Shown here: in pieces, positions 9,607 through 19,031 of the stretch
Layout: each line of letters begins with the position of its first letter
How positions within the stretch are numbered: the first letter of the stretch is position 1
Assembly (NCBI RefSeq): GCF_013177435.1
Contig: NZ_CP053627.1
Coordinates: 2,280,001 to 2,312,000, forward strand
Source: Xylella taiwanensis
Lineage (GTDB): Bacteria > Pseudomonadota > Gammaproteobacteria > Xanthomonadales > Xanthomonadaceae
Direction of reading: 5' to 3'
Length of the DNA stretch: 32,000 bases
Notes under the pieces: generated by a model
What the model was told of the DNA's origin: nothing
Databases searched by the model: none
What the model saw: only the letters and a program-made list of their open reading frames with translations
Translations under genes and position numbers: made by a program

Positions 9607-10731
9607 ATGAAAAAGAAAATCCTTACTGCTGCGCTGCTGGGTGGTATAGCTATCATCCAAGTTGCTTCTGCACAGGAATTCGATGACCGGTGGTATCTAG
9701 CTGGTTCTACGGGATTTAACTTCCAAGACAAGCGTCGTCTCACCAACGATGCTCCTTTTTTAACTCTTGGACTTGGTAAATTCATCAATCCAGTTTGGTC
9801 GATCGACGGCACGCTGAACTATCAGAACCCGAAGTTCAAAAGAAACAAAGATCTAAACTGGAGCCAATATGGTGTCTCCCTCGATTTTCGTCGCCATTTC
9901 ATCCAGGAAAACCGTGGTTGGAATCCTTACTTGCTGTTAGGAGCAGGCTACCAACGTTCGGAAGAGGAGTTTGATAACACTCCAAATGTGAACTCTCCTG
10001 GCGAGCGTAAAAAAAGCAACTTCGCTGCCAAGGTTGGTGCTGGCTTGCAAACTACCTTCAGCAGTCATGTTGCTGTACGTGCTGAAGTGGCTTATCGCGG
10101 TGATTTCGACAAGGGTAGTGTGCGTCAGCCGGTCGCTGGCGTTGCCACTCCTTCGAGCAAGAAATGGTTTGGTGATACCTTGGCTTCAATTGGTGTCGTG
10201 ATCCCTCTGGGACCAGCTGCTGCAGCGCCGCCGCCGCCGCCTGCTCCAGCACCGCCGCCGCCGCCGCCGCCGCCTGCTCCAAGCTGTGCTGAATTGGATA
10301 GCGATGGCGATGGCGTCAACGATTGTGAAGACAAGTGCCCGAACTCGCAGCCCGGCCAGACGATTGGACCAGATGGATGTCCGGTGCCAGTCTCGATCGA
10401 TCTGAAAGGCGTGAACTTCGATTTCGACAAGGCAACTCTTCGCCCTGATGCTGTTGCGATTCTTGGAGAGGCTGCCGAAATCTTGAGGCGCTACCCTGAC
10501 CTGCATGTCGAAGTGGCTGGCCATACCGATTCGATAGGTCCGGCTGCTTATAACCAGAAACTGTCGGAACGTCGCGCCAAAGTTGTGTACAACTACCTGC
10601 GTAGTAATGGTATCGACGCATCGCGCCTGATTGGACCAGTCGGATATGGAGAGAGCCATCCAATTGATACAAACAAGACTCCCGCAGGTCGTGCAAAGAA
10701 CCGTCGTACTGAGTTGAACGTTCAGAATTGA
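9607..10731 (+). CDS. mopB: OmpA-family major outer membrane protein (MopB-like)
   Basis: ATG 9607 is preceded by AAGGA (9596-9600). The signal peptide is MKKKILTAALLGGIAIIQVASA|QE. It has an N-terminal beta-barrel-like region, a Pro-rich hinge (APPPPPAPAPPPPPPPPAP), a thrombospondin-type-3-like Asp/Cys motif (DSDGDGVNDCEDKCPNS) and a C-terminal OmpA peptidoglycan-binding domain (GHTDSIGPAAYNQKLSERRA...NRRTE). The 9487 ORF start is an upstream extension. Confidence 0.92.
   Translation: MKKKILTAALLGGIAIIQVASAQEFDDRWYLAGSTGFNFQDKRRLTNDAPFLTLGLGKFINPVWSIDGTLNYQNPKFKRNKDLNWSQYGVSLDFRRHFIQENRGWNPYLLLGAGYQRSEEEFDNTPNVNSPGERKKSNFAAKVGAGLQTTFSSHVAVRAEVAYRGDFDKGSVRQPVAGVATPSSKKWFGDTLASIGVVIPLGPAAAAPPPPPAPAPPPPPPPPAPSCAELDSDGDGVNDCEDKCPNSQPGQTIGPDGCPVPVSIDLKGVNFDFDKATLRPDAVAILGEAAEILRRYPDLHVEVAGHTDSIGPAAYNQKLSERRAKVVYNYLRSNGIDASRLIGPVGYGESHPIDTNKTPAGRAKNRRTELNVQN
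10227..10274. repeat. two CCG/GCC trinucleotide tracts encoding the MopB proline hinge
   Basis: (GCC)5 at 10227-10241 and (CCG)7 at 10252-10272, read directly. Confidence 0.9.
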
Positions 10732-10758
10732 TCTGAATTCCAGTGTGGCTCCATAGCG

Positions 10759-10786
10759 AAGCCTGGCTAATGCCAGGCTTTGTCTT
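10759..10786 (+). terminator. rho-independent terminator downstream of mopB
   Basis: The stem is aagcctggc (10759-10767) paired with gccaggctt (10772-10780), with loop taat, followed by tgtctt. It lies 28 nt after the mopB stop. Confidence 0.6.
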
Positions 10787-12058
10787 GACATGACTTTACT
10801 AGCACGTCAAGCGGAATGATTTCTTTGCCGATTTCATGAGCCAAAAAATCCACTGATATTTTTAGAAGTGATTTACTTCGTCTTTTTATTTTGAAATGTA
10901 TGATATTTAGACATCATTACATTGCTCCAAAGGAATGGACGCTACTTTTTATGAATGATGCGACTCATTAAAAGTAGTGTGCAAATCTACTGCCCTTGGC
11001 GAATGGCATGGATACGTAGTTAGGAAACAATCACCGTTGGTGGAATCGCTCCAACTGAGACCAGGATCGGTCAATGCCGATCACTACCACTAAAGAACCA
11101 TACAAACTGTAAGCTCTGCACCCAAGAAGAGTAGATCAAATAATTTAGATCTCAACACGTGAAACTCGATTATGACTTGAGTTGTAAAGCTAGATTTTTT
11201 ATAGCCGATATAGAAAAACGCGAGTATCTTCCAAAGAAAAACAACGCTGGCTGATCCTGAAAACAGAAAACAGCATGATCACCCTTCGACGCAGCAACAA
11301 ACATGATTTATCAAGAAAATATACAACTTGAGCGACAATTCAAAAATAAAACTAAGCACCTGTGAACAGTTGGCTAATTAGCAACGATGCTCGTCTCCAA
11401 GCATCATGGTAACAAAACGAAGCCCTCCATTCGGCCCAGTAGACTATTCCTATCACTGCTTCCTGAGCCACTTGTGCTGGCTCCTGGCCTGTGTCGCCAC
11501 TCTCGGATCCGTAACGTACTGTAATTACTACGCCAGGAAACTAAATTCAGATATGCTCCTACTCACTGATGAGTTTTGATCTACACAGTGGGCAGGTGAG
11601 CAACGTGTCCACCACCCTGCGCCCTTTGCGTGTGCAACCATCATCGAAAACAGAAAATGGTGGTATTGCCACCTCTGAAATACATCTACTGTTTGGTAGG
11701 GCATGTAATTTCACAACATCGAATACCAGTGTTGGAATCACAAGCGCATGTACCGGTATAGCGTATTGACACACTCCAAACGCGGCTTTGGTTGACATCA
11801 CTCCGAAATGAATGGATGCCCATGAGGGTATCGCTCTACTCTGCCAGGCAATAGTTATCAAGGGAGTGACCAAAGCGATTCATGTGCAATGCTCACCACA
11901 ACGGACTACCCATAACATAACGGCATAGCATACTCATATGATTGTTATCCGCTACATAAATTAAATTGATAACAATAAAAATAAACAATTCATGAAAAAT
12001 ACATAACACACTCTAGACCTGAGCCCCGGCATCACTTACTGTGGGAAAGCTTTATCCT

Positions 12059-12080
12059 CATTGCATTACAAAATGCAATG
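12059..12080. promoter_or_regulatory. perfect 9-bp inverted repeat (cattgcatt-acaa-aatgcaatg) upstream of dsbB
   Basis: Read directly. It lies 127 bp upstream of the dsbB ATG. It could be an operator-like palindrome or a hairpin. Its function is unknown. Confidence 0.3.
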
Positions 12081-12206
12081 ATCTAGCGTCCCCGGGCCAT
12101 CGTGATACAAGATCATGACGAGCTCGTCAGACCGAATGTATGCAACGTAAGTGAGTATGCAAACAATACCCATGTATCCACGATACTTTACCGTGAGCAG
12201 TGATCG

Positions 12207-12731
12207 ATGAATCCATTGCAGTGGAGTTTCAGGGCTCAATGCTTAACCGGCTTCTCATTTTGTACAGGTTTGCTGGCATATGCGATTTTTCTGCAACTGC
12301 ATCAAGGGCTGGAACCATGTCCGCTATGCATCTTCCAGCGCATCGCATTCGCAGTGCTAGGCATCCTGTTTCTAATCGCCGGACTGTACAACTCCCCAAA
12401 CATACGTACGCGCAAAGCATACGGCCTATTGATATTTCTGACAGCGGCAATCGGTACCGGCATCGCTTCGCGGCATGTCTGGGTACAAGTCATGCCACAT
12501 CATGCAATGTCCTCCTGTGGTCCACCATTAAGCTTTCTCAGTGAAACGATGGGGCCGTTTGAAATGTTCCGCACGGTATTAACAGGTACCAGCAACTGCG
12601 GCAACATTGATTGGCAGCTTTGGGGGCTGTCAATGCCGATGTGGAGCATGGTTTGTTTCGTCGCGTTGGCGCTGCTTGGGCTGTTCACAGGCTTCAAAGT
12701 TGAAAGAAGGCAACCCAGCCCCTTTAGTTGA
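12207..12731 (+). CDS. dsbB: disulfide bond formation protein B
   Basis: 174-aa ORF with four hydrophobic segments. It has the first-loop CPLC motif (EPCPLCIFQR) and a second periplasmic loop with Cys residues (SSCGPP...SNCGNIDW), typical of DsbB. Confidence 0.9.
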   Translation: MNPLQWSFRAQCLTGFSFCTGLLAYAIFLQLHQGLEPCPLCIFQRIAFAVLGILFLIAGLYNSPNIRTRKAYGLLIFLTAAIGTGIASRHVWVQVMPHHAMSSCGPPLSFLSETMGPFEMFRTVLTGTSNCGNIDWQLWGLSMPMWSMVCFVALALLGLFTGFKVERRQPSPFS

Positions 12732-13500
12732 AGCACCCGATCCGAGTAATAGGCGTTTGTCTCCTGCCACCCTAAAGTGAATCAACGGACCAGTCACTGC
12801 GGTAACAACCAGAAACAAAGTTTACGGTTGTCATGATGTGATTACAGCAACTATTCGTCTGAATCTGGGAAAGCAACACTCAGCCCGATAACCCAGGTAG
12901 TAATAGCCCATCTTAAGTTTTGTCATAGAAACGCAGTTACTGATAGTAACGAAGCCAATCATCGCCTACCCAATTTACGTTTCGATAAAATGCATCAAAT
13001 CCGAGGGATTTGGCGCATCCTCGGTCAACCAACATGCATCTGATTCAGCTTCAATCCCTCCAGCCCTGCTCGCCAATCAAAATGATACGGAACGAATAAT
13101 CTCCAATCGCTACTCAAACCTCCCCGGCCATCCCTCAACACAAGCGCTCCAAGCCATCTGCGAATACGTTCTGACAATGGCGCTGCGGAGCATCAGGAAA
13201 GCGTGCCCTCAACACTAGGTCAAGACTTTGAATACCTATTCACAGATCAAGCATTTAAGCCGTTTTTAAGCTCCATGTACGCTGACAGGTCGGCCCCTGC
13301 AGATCGCTCAGGCACTTGAACACACAGCATTGATCGTACATTTATTGCCATTCACTTTGGAATACTGGCTTTAGCAAACAAAACAGGGGGGATGCATTTC
13401 ATAACGACCAAGTAGAAATCATTCTTCTCCCCCTCAAAAAGCGAGGACCACACACATAACACCAATGGATCTGGTGATACCTTACACATCGACACAAACA

Positions 13501-13528
13501 AAAACCCCGGTCTAATGACCGGGGTTTT
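13501..13528 (-). terminator. rho-independent (bidirectional-looking) terminator after the TonB-dependent receptor gene
   Basis: This is a perfect hairpin, aaaaccccggtc-taat-gaccggggtttt. It is flanked by A and T runs on both sides and lies 21 nt beyond the receptor stop codon. Confidence 0.75.
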
Positions 13529-13548
13529 GCGGGTCTAGCAAACGCCAA

Positions 13549-16335
13549 TCACTTAAAGGCGTAGCGAGCCCCCACGGTGAAGAAGCGACCAACCGCACCC
13601 GCACTGTCCATCGGGTTGTAGTTGATTGCACCACTAGTCAAGGGATCAAGCGGAGCGATTCGGTCAAACACATTCTGCACTGAACCAAACACGACCAGTG
13701 ATTCATTCGCCTGCCAATTCGCTGACAAATCCACCGAAGTAAACGCGTTCAAACGGCAATCAGTTGGAGCATCACTGCCATCGGCAAAATGGCTGGCACA
13801 AGCACCACCTTTAAACAGCCGATTGTCTATCGGACCACGGTAATGCCCTAAAGCACTCACGCTAACGTTGTTCAATTTCCAAGTTGCCCCCAAGTTAATT
13901 CGGTCCTTCGGAGTACCAATGCAATTGCTCACATCGCAGTTACCATGAGTACCGACATACTCACTGACATTACCATTAGCTTCTTCGCGCTGAAACTTAA
14001 GCATGCGGCTCCACTGCAGATCTAAGACCAGATCACCGAGGCCTCCCATAGCAATACGCTGCTGCACGTCAGTATCCACACCACGCGCTGTAGTGGAATT
14101 AAGGTTGACGTATTTGGTCTTGACCGCCTGCAACTGGCCAGTACCAGCAACACCATTGAACAGGTTATCGTCACGTACTACGTCACCTTCCTTGATCGCA
14201 TCGACTGTGCTGATCGGAGCGATTTCCTTAGTACGCTTGATTTGCCAGCCATCCACCGTCATGGATGTACTGCTAGCCGGCTGGAACACCATGCCAATCG
14301 TATAACTTTTTGATTTCTCAGGCTTCAAATCTGGGTTAGGGCTAACGATCACTGCAACGGGACGAGGCGCACATTCAACACCACTCCCACCTGCAGCGGC
14401 ACAGCGCACTGGGTCGGTCACGTTCCCATACCCAGCTAAACCACCTTGACCAGACTCGGCAGAATTCGGGGCACGAAAGCCCTGAGCGTAGGTACCGCGT
14501 AGCGCAAACCAATCCATCGGCTTCCATTTCAGACCCAACTTCGGAGTAAAGGCAGTACTGCCACCATCGTAGTGGTCAACGCGACCAGCCACAGTCGCCT
14601 CAAAAGCTTTGGTAAACGGCGCAGCTAGTTCAGCATACGCAGCACTCACCTTTTGTTCGCCACTATAGGCCGAATACCCCGAATCGATGATGTCACCGAT
14701 ATCGGTATAAGTCAGTGGAGTTAACGAGGCTTGATCACGACGATACTCCACGCCCATCGCTAACCCCATGGCACCACCGGACAGGTCAGCCAATGCACGC
14801 GACACTTTGGCATCGAACACATCCAGCTTGGTCTTAGCCTGAGAGGTCAGCACAGGCGAGATAAAATCGTACAACGCCCGCGGGTTGGTCTCAGAGCCGT
14901 TACCGATGTTCCATACGCCAGCAGGACATGCTAGGTTGCCAAGCACGCAACGCACAGCGCTGTAGCGCAAGTAACCAGTGATCTTCCTGTCCAGTTGTGA
15001 CTGAGAATGCAGGGCGCTGACATCATAATCCCAACCGGCAACAGCCCCCTTGACCCCGAACACAACACGCATGAAGTCATTTGTGTATTCTTTCGCACGA
15101 GGGCCAACGTCAAATGCTGAATAACGCACACGCACTGCTGTGTTATACGGGTTATCCGGGTGACCAGGCGCCAAGACGACAGCACCAGGACCACTACTGG
15201 CGTTGACCGCACCACCTGGGTAGCCCCAGGCACCTGAAACGGGAGATGGAAACTTGTTGACGAAGTCGGATTTTTTCTTGGAGTAGCTCAGCTCGCTATA
15301 CAACTCAGTGGTATCGGACAAACTGAAAGTGCCGCGAGTGAAGACGTTGGCATATTTCTCATCCGGAGTCAGGCTGCGGAACTTGGCAACGTCCCACAAA
15401 CATCCGCCCCCCGGATCCTGTGGCGAGACACTGGAAAACTTTGAACAGCCTGGTAGCGAGGTGAACTGATTATTAGATGGGTTACGGATTGCCCCTACCG
15501 GCGAGGAGTCGGCAGCAGTACCACCGCTAGTGATCGCACCGCGAAGAAATTGCTGGCTGTTCGCAATGTCGTAGCCCCAGCGACGAATGTCACCGGTACC
15601 AATCCACTTGCGATCTTCTCGGTCACTCACCTTGATACCATCAGACTTGCCAACATCCACGCTCACAAGCGCATTCCAACCATCGGCGGCCAGATTGCCC
15701 ACACCCGCAGTCATGGTGGCCTTGGGGGTATTACCGTCCCAATCACCAGAAAGACCATATGAGGCGCTCACCAGGGCGCCCTGGAAGTTGCTACGCAAGA
15801 TGATATTGACTACACCGGCAATCGCATCAGATCCGTAAATCGAGGACGCACCGTCCTTCAGAACTTCGACACGTTCAACCGCATCCATCGGGATGCTGCT
15901 CAGATCCACGAACATCCTCTGACCATCGTCGGCCAAACCGTAGGTAGCAACACGGTGACCATTGATCAACACGAGAGTCGAACCGGCACCCAGACCACGC
16001 AGGGAGATACCAGTCCCCCCCATGGCAAAACCACCGCCAAAAGTCTTGGGTATCGAACCCTGACCATCGACAGTTAAAGTCTGCAGATATTCTGCAATCG
16101 TGGTACGGCCGGAACGCGCGATGTCCTCACGAGTGATAATCTCGACTGGCGACGCAGTTTCAGTATCAGTGCGGGGGATATTAGAACCAGTGACGGTAAT
16201 TCGCTCTAAATTGTTTGCACCGTTAGTTTCTTGTGCTTGCACGCTGACACCAGCAACGAGCAATACACCAGAAATAGATGCGCACAAAACATTGCGGGCA
16301 ATATACCGCTGTGAATCAATAGCGACGGGGGTCAC
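13549..16335 (-). CDS. TonB-dependent outer membrane receptor
   Basis: 928-aa ORF. It has a signal peptide ending VQAQE, a TonB-box/plug region (ERITVTGSNIPR...SPVEIITREDIARSG...LQTL..G..ISLRGLG...TLVLINGHR) and a long beta-barrel with a terminal aromatic motif (GARYAFK). The substrate is not inferable. Confidence 0.93.
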   Translation of the reverse strand: MTPVAIDSQRYIARNVLCASISGVLLVAGVSVQAQETNGANNLERITVTGSNIPRTDTETASPVEIITREDIARSGRTTIAEYLQTLTVDGQGSIPKTFGGGFAMGGTGISLRGLGAGSTLVLINGHRVATYGLADDGQRMFVDLSSIPMDAVERVEVLKDGASSIYGSDAIAGVVNIILRSNFQGALVSASYGLSGDWDGNTPKATMTAGVGNLAADGWNALVSVDVGKSDGIKVSDREDRKWIGTGDIRRWGYDIANSQQFLRGAITSGGTAADSSPVGAIRNPSNNQFTSLPGCSKFSSVSPQDPGGGCLWDVAKFRSLTPDEKYANVFTRGTFSLSDTTELYSELSYSKKKSDFVNKFPSPVSGAWGYPGGAVNASSGPGAVVLAPGHPDNPYNTAVRVRYSAFDVGPRAKEYTNDFMRVVFGVKGAVAGWDYDVSALHSQSQLDRKITGYLRYSAVRCVLGNLACPAGVWNIGNGSETNPRALYDFISPVLTSQAKTKLDVFDAKVSRALADLSGGAMGLAMGVEYRRDQASLTPLTYTDIGDIIDSGYSAYSGEQKVSAAYAELAAPFTKAFEATVAGRVDHYDGGSTAFTPKLGLKWKPMDWFALRGTYAQGFRAPNSAESGQGGLAGYGNVTDPVRCAAAGGSGVECAPRPVAVIVSPNPDLKPEKSKSYTIGMVFQPASSTSMTVDGWQIKRTKEIAPISTVDAIKEGDVVRDDNLFNGVAGTGQLQAVKTKYVNLNSTTARGVDTDVQQRIAMGGLGDLVLDLQWSRMLKFQREEANGNVSEYVGTHGNCDVSNCIGTPKDRINLGATWKLNNVSVSALGHYRGPIDNRLFKGGACASHFADGSDAPTDCRLNAFTSVDLSANWQANESLVVFGSVQNVFDRIAPLDPLTSGAINYNPMDSAGAVGRFFTVGARYAFK

Positions 16336-16565
16336 ATTTTTCTCCTAAAACGGTAAAAATCTAGTAGAATCGGCCTTTTTTTATGGCCGGTGACGAGCAT
16401 CGTCCTTAGTGGATTCGTAAATCAAGAGTTACGTCCCTGTTTAGAAATCGTTGTGTGGTTTTCATTCAGACTGACAGATGCAAACGTAAGCTGTCAGATG
16501 AGCAACCTAAGCATTAAGCTAGGTCGCTTCAAGGTCAGCTATGAATTCGCCCTTATCCTTAAGTG

Positions 16566-17039
16566 ATGAAATGCCACCTCATTGCAACTGGTGAACGTGT
16601 TCCAACCTGGGTTGCGCAAGGCTTTGCCGAGTACCACAAACGTCTTTCTTACTGGTTACCGCTAGAGTTGGTTGAAATCGAACCCAGCCTGCGTGGCAAG
16701 AACCACAATCCGCAGCGCGCCATCGAAGACGAAGGACGACGCATACTAGCCGCTTTGCCTAAACACCCTTATGCCATCGCGTTGGAAGTGAACGGTAAAC
16801 CCTTTAGTTCAGAACAGTTGGCACAACGCCTGGAGCACTGGCGTGGATCAGGACGCAACTTAGTGTTCCTGATCGGTGGGCCCGAGGGGCATTGTCCGGA
16901 AGTACTCAATATCTCCAACGAGCGCTGGTCACTAGGACCTTTAACGCTACCACACATGCTGGTAAGGCTGATTGTCGTCGAACAGTTATACCGAGCAACG
17001 ACGATACTCGCTAACCACCCGTATCACAGAGGAAAATAA
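16566..17039 (+). CDS. rlmH: 23S rRNA (pseudouridine1915-N3)-methyltransferase RlmH
   Basis: It is collinear with E. coli RlmH over its full length (MKxxLxAxG.. PxWV..GFxEY.. LIGGPEG.. WSLxxLTLPH.. NHPYHR). ATG 16566 is preferred over GTG 16563. Confidence 0.93.
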   Translation: MKCHLIATGERVPTWVAQGFAEYHKRLSYWLPLELVEIEPSLRGKNHNPQRAIEDEGRRILAALPKHPYAIALEVNGKPFSSEQLAQRLEHWRGSGRNLVFLIGGPEGHCPEVLNISNERWSLGPLTLPHMLVRLIVVEQLYRATTILANHPYHRGK

Positions 17040-18847
17040 AAAAATTAATATTTAATTAACTCAAATCCTCATCAATTGATAAATAAAATGGATATAACAC
17101 CCTACCAAATTCATTCAATTCATCATCACACCCAAGCACACCTCAGACAACTTAATTCTCAAAAAATTTATCCCCGCTTGAGAAATCATCTTCAACCCAC
17201 AAGTGTTGGAAAACTATAGAAACGCAATTCCTCCCAGCACAATAGAAAATCGAAGAAATCAAAAAATATATAGATAACAGCATGAATGACATCACCTGAC
17301 CTTCTACTTTTATTTCTCATCCAAGTAAAAAATCAACTAACAACTATCGATATAACCACAGATGTTATACTGAAAGCCGATTCAAGAACGTGTATTGGAT
17401 AAACCTGGGCACATGCCAATCCCCCACTTATTAATCCTGGTCACACTGTAGCAATCTAACACTTATTAAAGTGTCTTAATAGACGATTTTAATAGCATCA
17501 ATATCAAACTCGAATCTGTTACCCCCTCATATCAATATCGCTCATTCAAAAAAATCTATGGCTAAGACCACCCCACACGATCAAACTCAAGCACACCGAA
17601 TCCAGCGAGATTGTTAGCCTGAACTTAACCCAAGAAATAACTGTGTCTGCCCTTGGAATACCGTGAGTTCACGACCTTATATAAGATGACCATCTATTTT
17701 TCATGGCAGAACCCGTTGCGATCACGCTCGGATACATGTGATATGTGAACCCTTGGCTAGTCTGAAAAGCCACAATCCTCTGGACACATGACAGCAAAAC
17801 CTTCAACCAGCGGCCACTCACTGGATTGGCTCGAAAAATGGGCAGCACCTCTGATCACCTTCACCGTGGAAGGTGAAAGCGCCATAACGTTTTCCACAGC
17901 ACTTGCCACCATCCGCAGCATCACCATCAAGGCGACCTGCAAATCCGCATTCAACCAAGATGCACCCAAGACATCACACTCTTAAGTTCAATGAAATTGA
18001 ATACGAGTCTTCTCTGGAACTACCAGTCAGGTTCAGTTTCACCATCATTCCATATATGGGCCTACTACTACTAAATAAAACATGCATCCTGCGTTATTGA
18101 TGCTCCTCGACGACAACAAACCAAGTTTTGCGTTCCGTATTACGAAACAGAAAGCAAAAGAAATTCGACAAGGACTTCAGAAATTAGGACTTCAAAAACA
18201 TGTTGATGGACGAGCTTAAGAACATCATGACAGTAACCCTTGACACCTTCACGCCATGAAATGCCAACATGACTAACAGTAAATCTCCGCGTAGGTAGAA
18301 ATTACTCAATGACAAAAAGATCAAATACGGCAGTACAACTGCTATATTGCATCCATGCACTGAGGAACTTTGACGACATAACAGCCAGTGATTTTAGAGA
18401 ATACATCTAATCCCTAAGACAACCCAACCATCAAAGTAACGCGTGAGTCTAATAGATATCCACGAGTATATAGCCTATTATTTACGCCATTCACTTGTAA
18501 GTACATCAAGATAGTGCGCTGTTTGACAAAAGCGGCACGCGTTAGCAAGTGTGGTTAGTCCCTGAAACAATCCGTCACACAGCAACGACGTAACTGCACT
18601 AACCCATCATATCAACTTGGAATATCTCTAAGTTCCAGTACGCTACACTGGCGGAACGACGTATCACCACACCAAATGAGCCGCTACATACCTAGGCAAA
18701 GTCCTAAAGGACTTAACGAAATTGCTGAAAACTTTACAAACCATGCACCCAAGCTCTACGAGTTACCATGAGTCATTCTTTGGTTAGTAGAAGCAACCGA
18801 CCCAGGACAAGAATCAGCCCCAAACCTTACCTAAACCCATCTTCGCT

Positions 18848-18922
18848 TGGTGGGCGGTACAGGGTTCGAACCTGTGACCCCTACCATGTCAAGGTAGTGC
18901 TCTACCGCTGAGCTAACCGCCC
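18848..18922 (-). tRNA. tRNA-Val (anticodon GAC), CCA encoded
   Basis: The reverse complement folds as a cloverleaf: GGGCGGT TA GCTC AGCGGTA GAGC A CTACC TTGACAT GGTAG GGGTC ACAGG TTCGAAC CCTGT ACCGCCC A CCA. The anticodon loop is TT-GAC-AT. Confidence 0.93.
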
Positions 18923-18962
18923 GTATCCACGCCTTGAGAAACCTTCGTATTTACGGGCGGCG

Positions 18963-18992
18963 ATTGTAGCCCAGTACCACACTAAGTAACAA
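18963..18992 (-). promoter_or_regulatory. candidate sigma70 promoter for tRNA-Val
   Basis: On the minus strand: TTGTTA (18992-18987), N18, TACAAT (18968-18963). This is about 40 nt upstream of the mature tRNA 5' end. Pattern match only. Confidence 0.35.
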
Positions 18993-19031
18993 CAAGCTCG
19001 CCGCGTGCAGAAAAATGCTTGACGCTTCAAT

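Noticed and set aside
10125-10791. Minus-strand ORFs of 201, 126 and 101 aa with poly-Arg and poly-Gly runs.
   Set aside because: They are antisense to mopB. The homopolymeric runs are the reverse frames of the CCG/GCC proline-hinge repeats.
11559-11873. A 104-aa minus-strand ORF ending ..LLTCPLCRSKLISE, a possible zinc-ribbon protein.
   Set aside because: It is an isolated frame in G-depleted spacer with no ribosome-binding site and no recognisable family. A single CxxC is insufficient evidence.
16336-16562. A cobalamin riboswitch or Fur box upstream of the TonB-dependent receptor.
   Set aside because: I could not find a B12-box-like element or a GATAATGATAATCATTATC-like site. Only a small 7-bp inverted repeat is present.
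17040-18847. An integrated phage or genomic island at tRNA-Val.
   Set aside because: I found no integrase-like frame and no direct repeat of the tRNA 3' end (for example ggttcgaacc) in the tract. I keep this only as a speculative origin in the findings, not as a feature.
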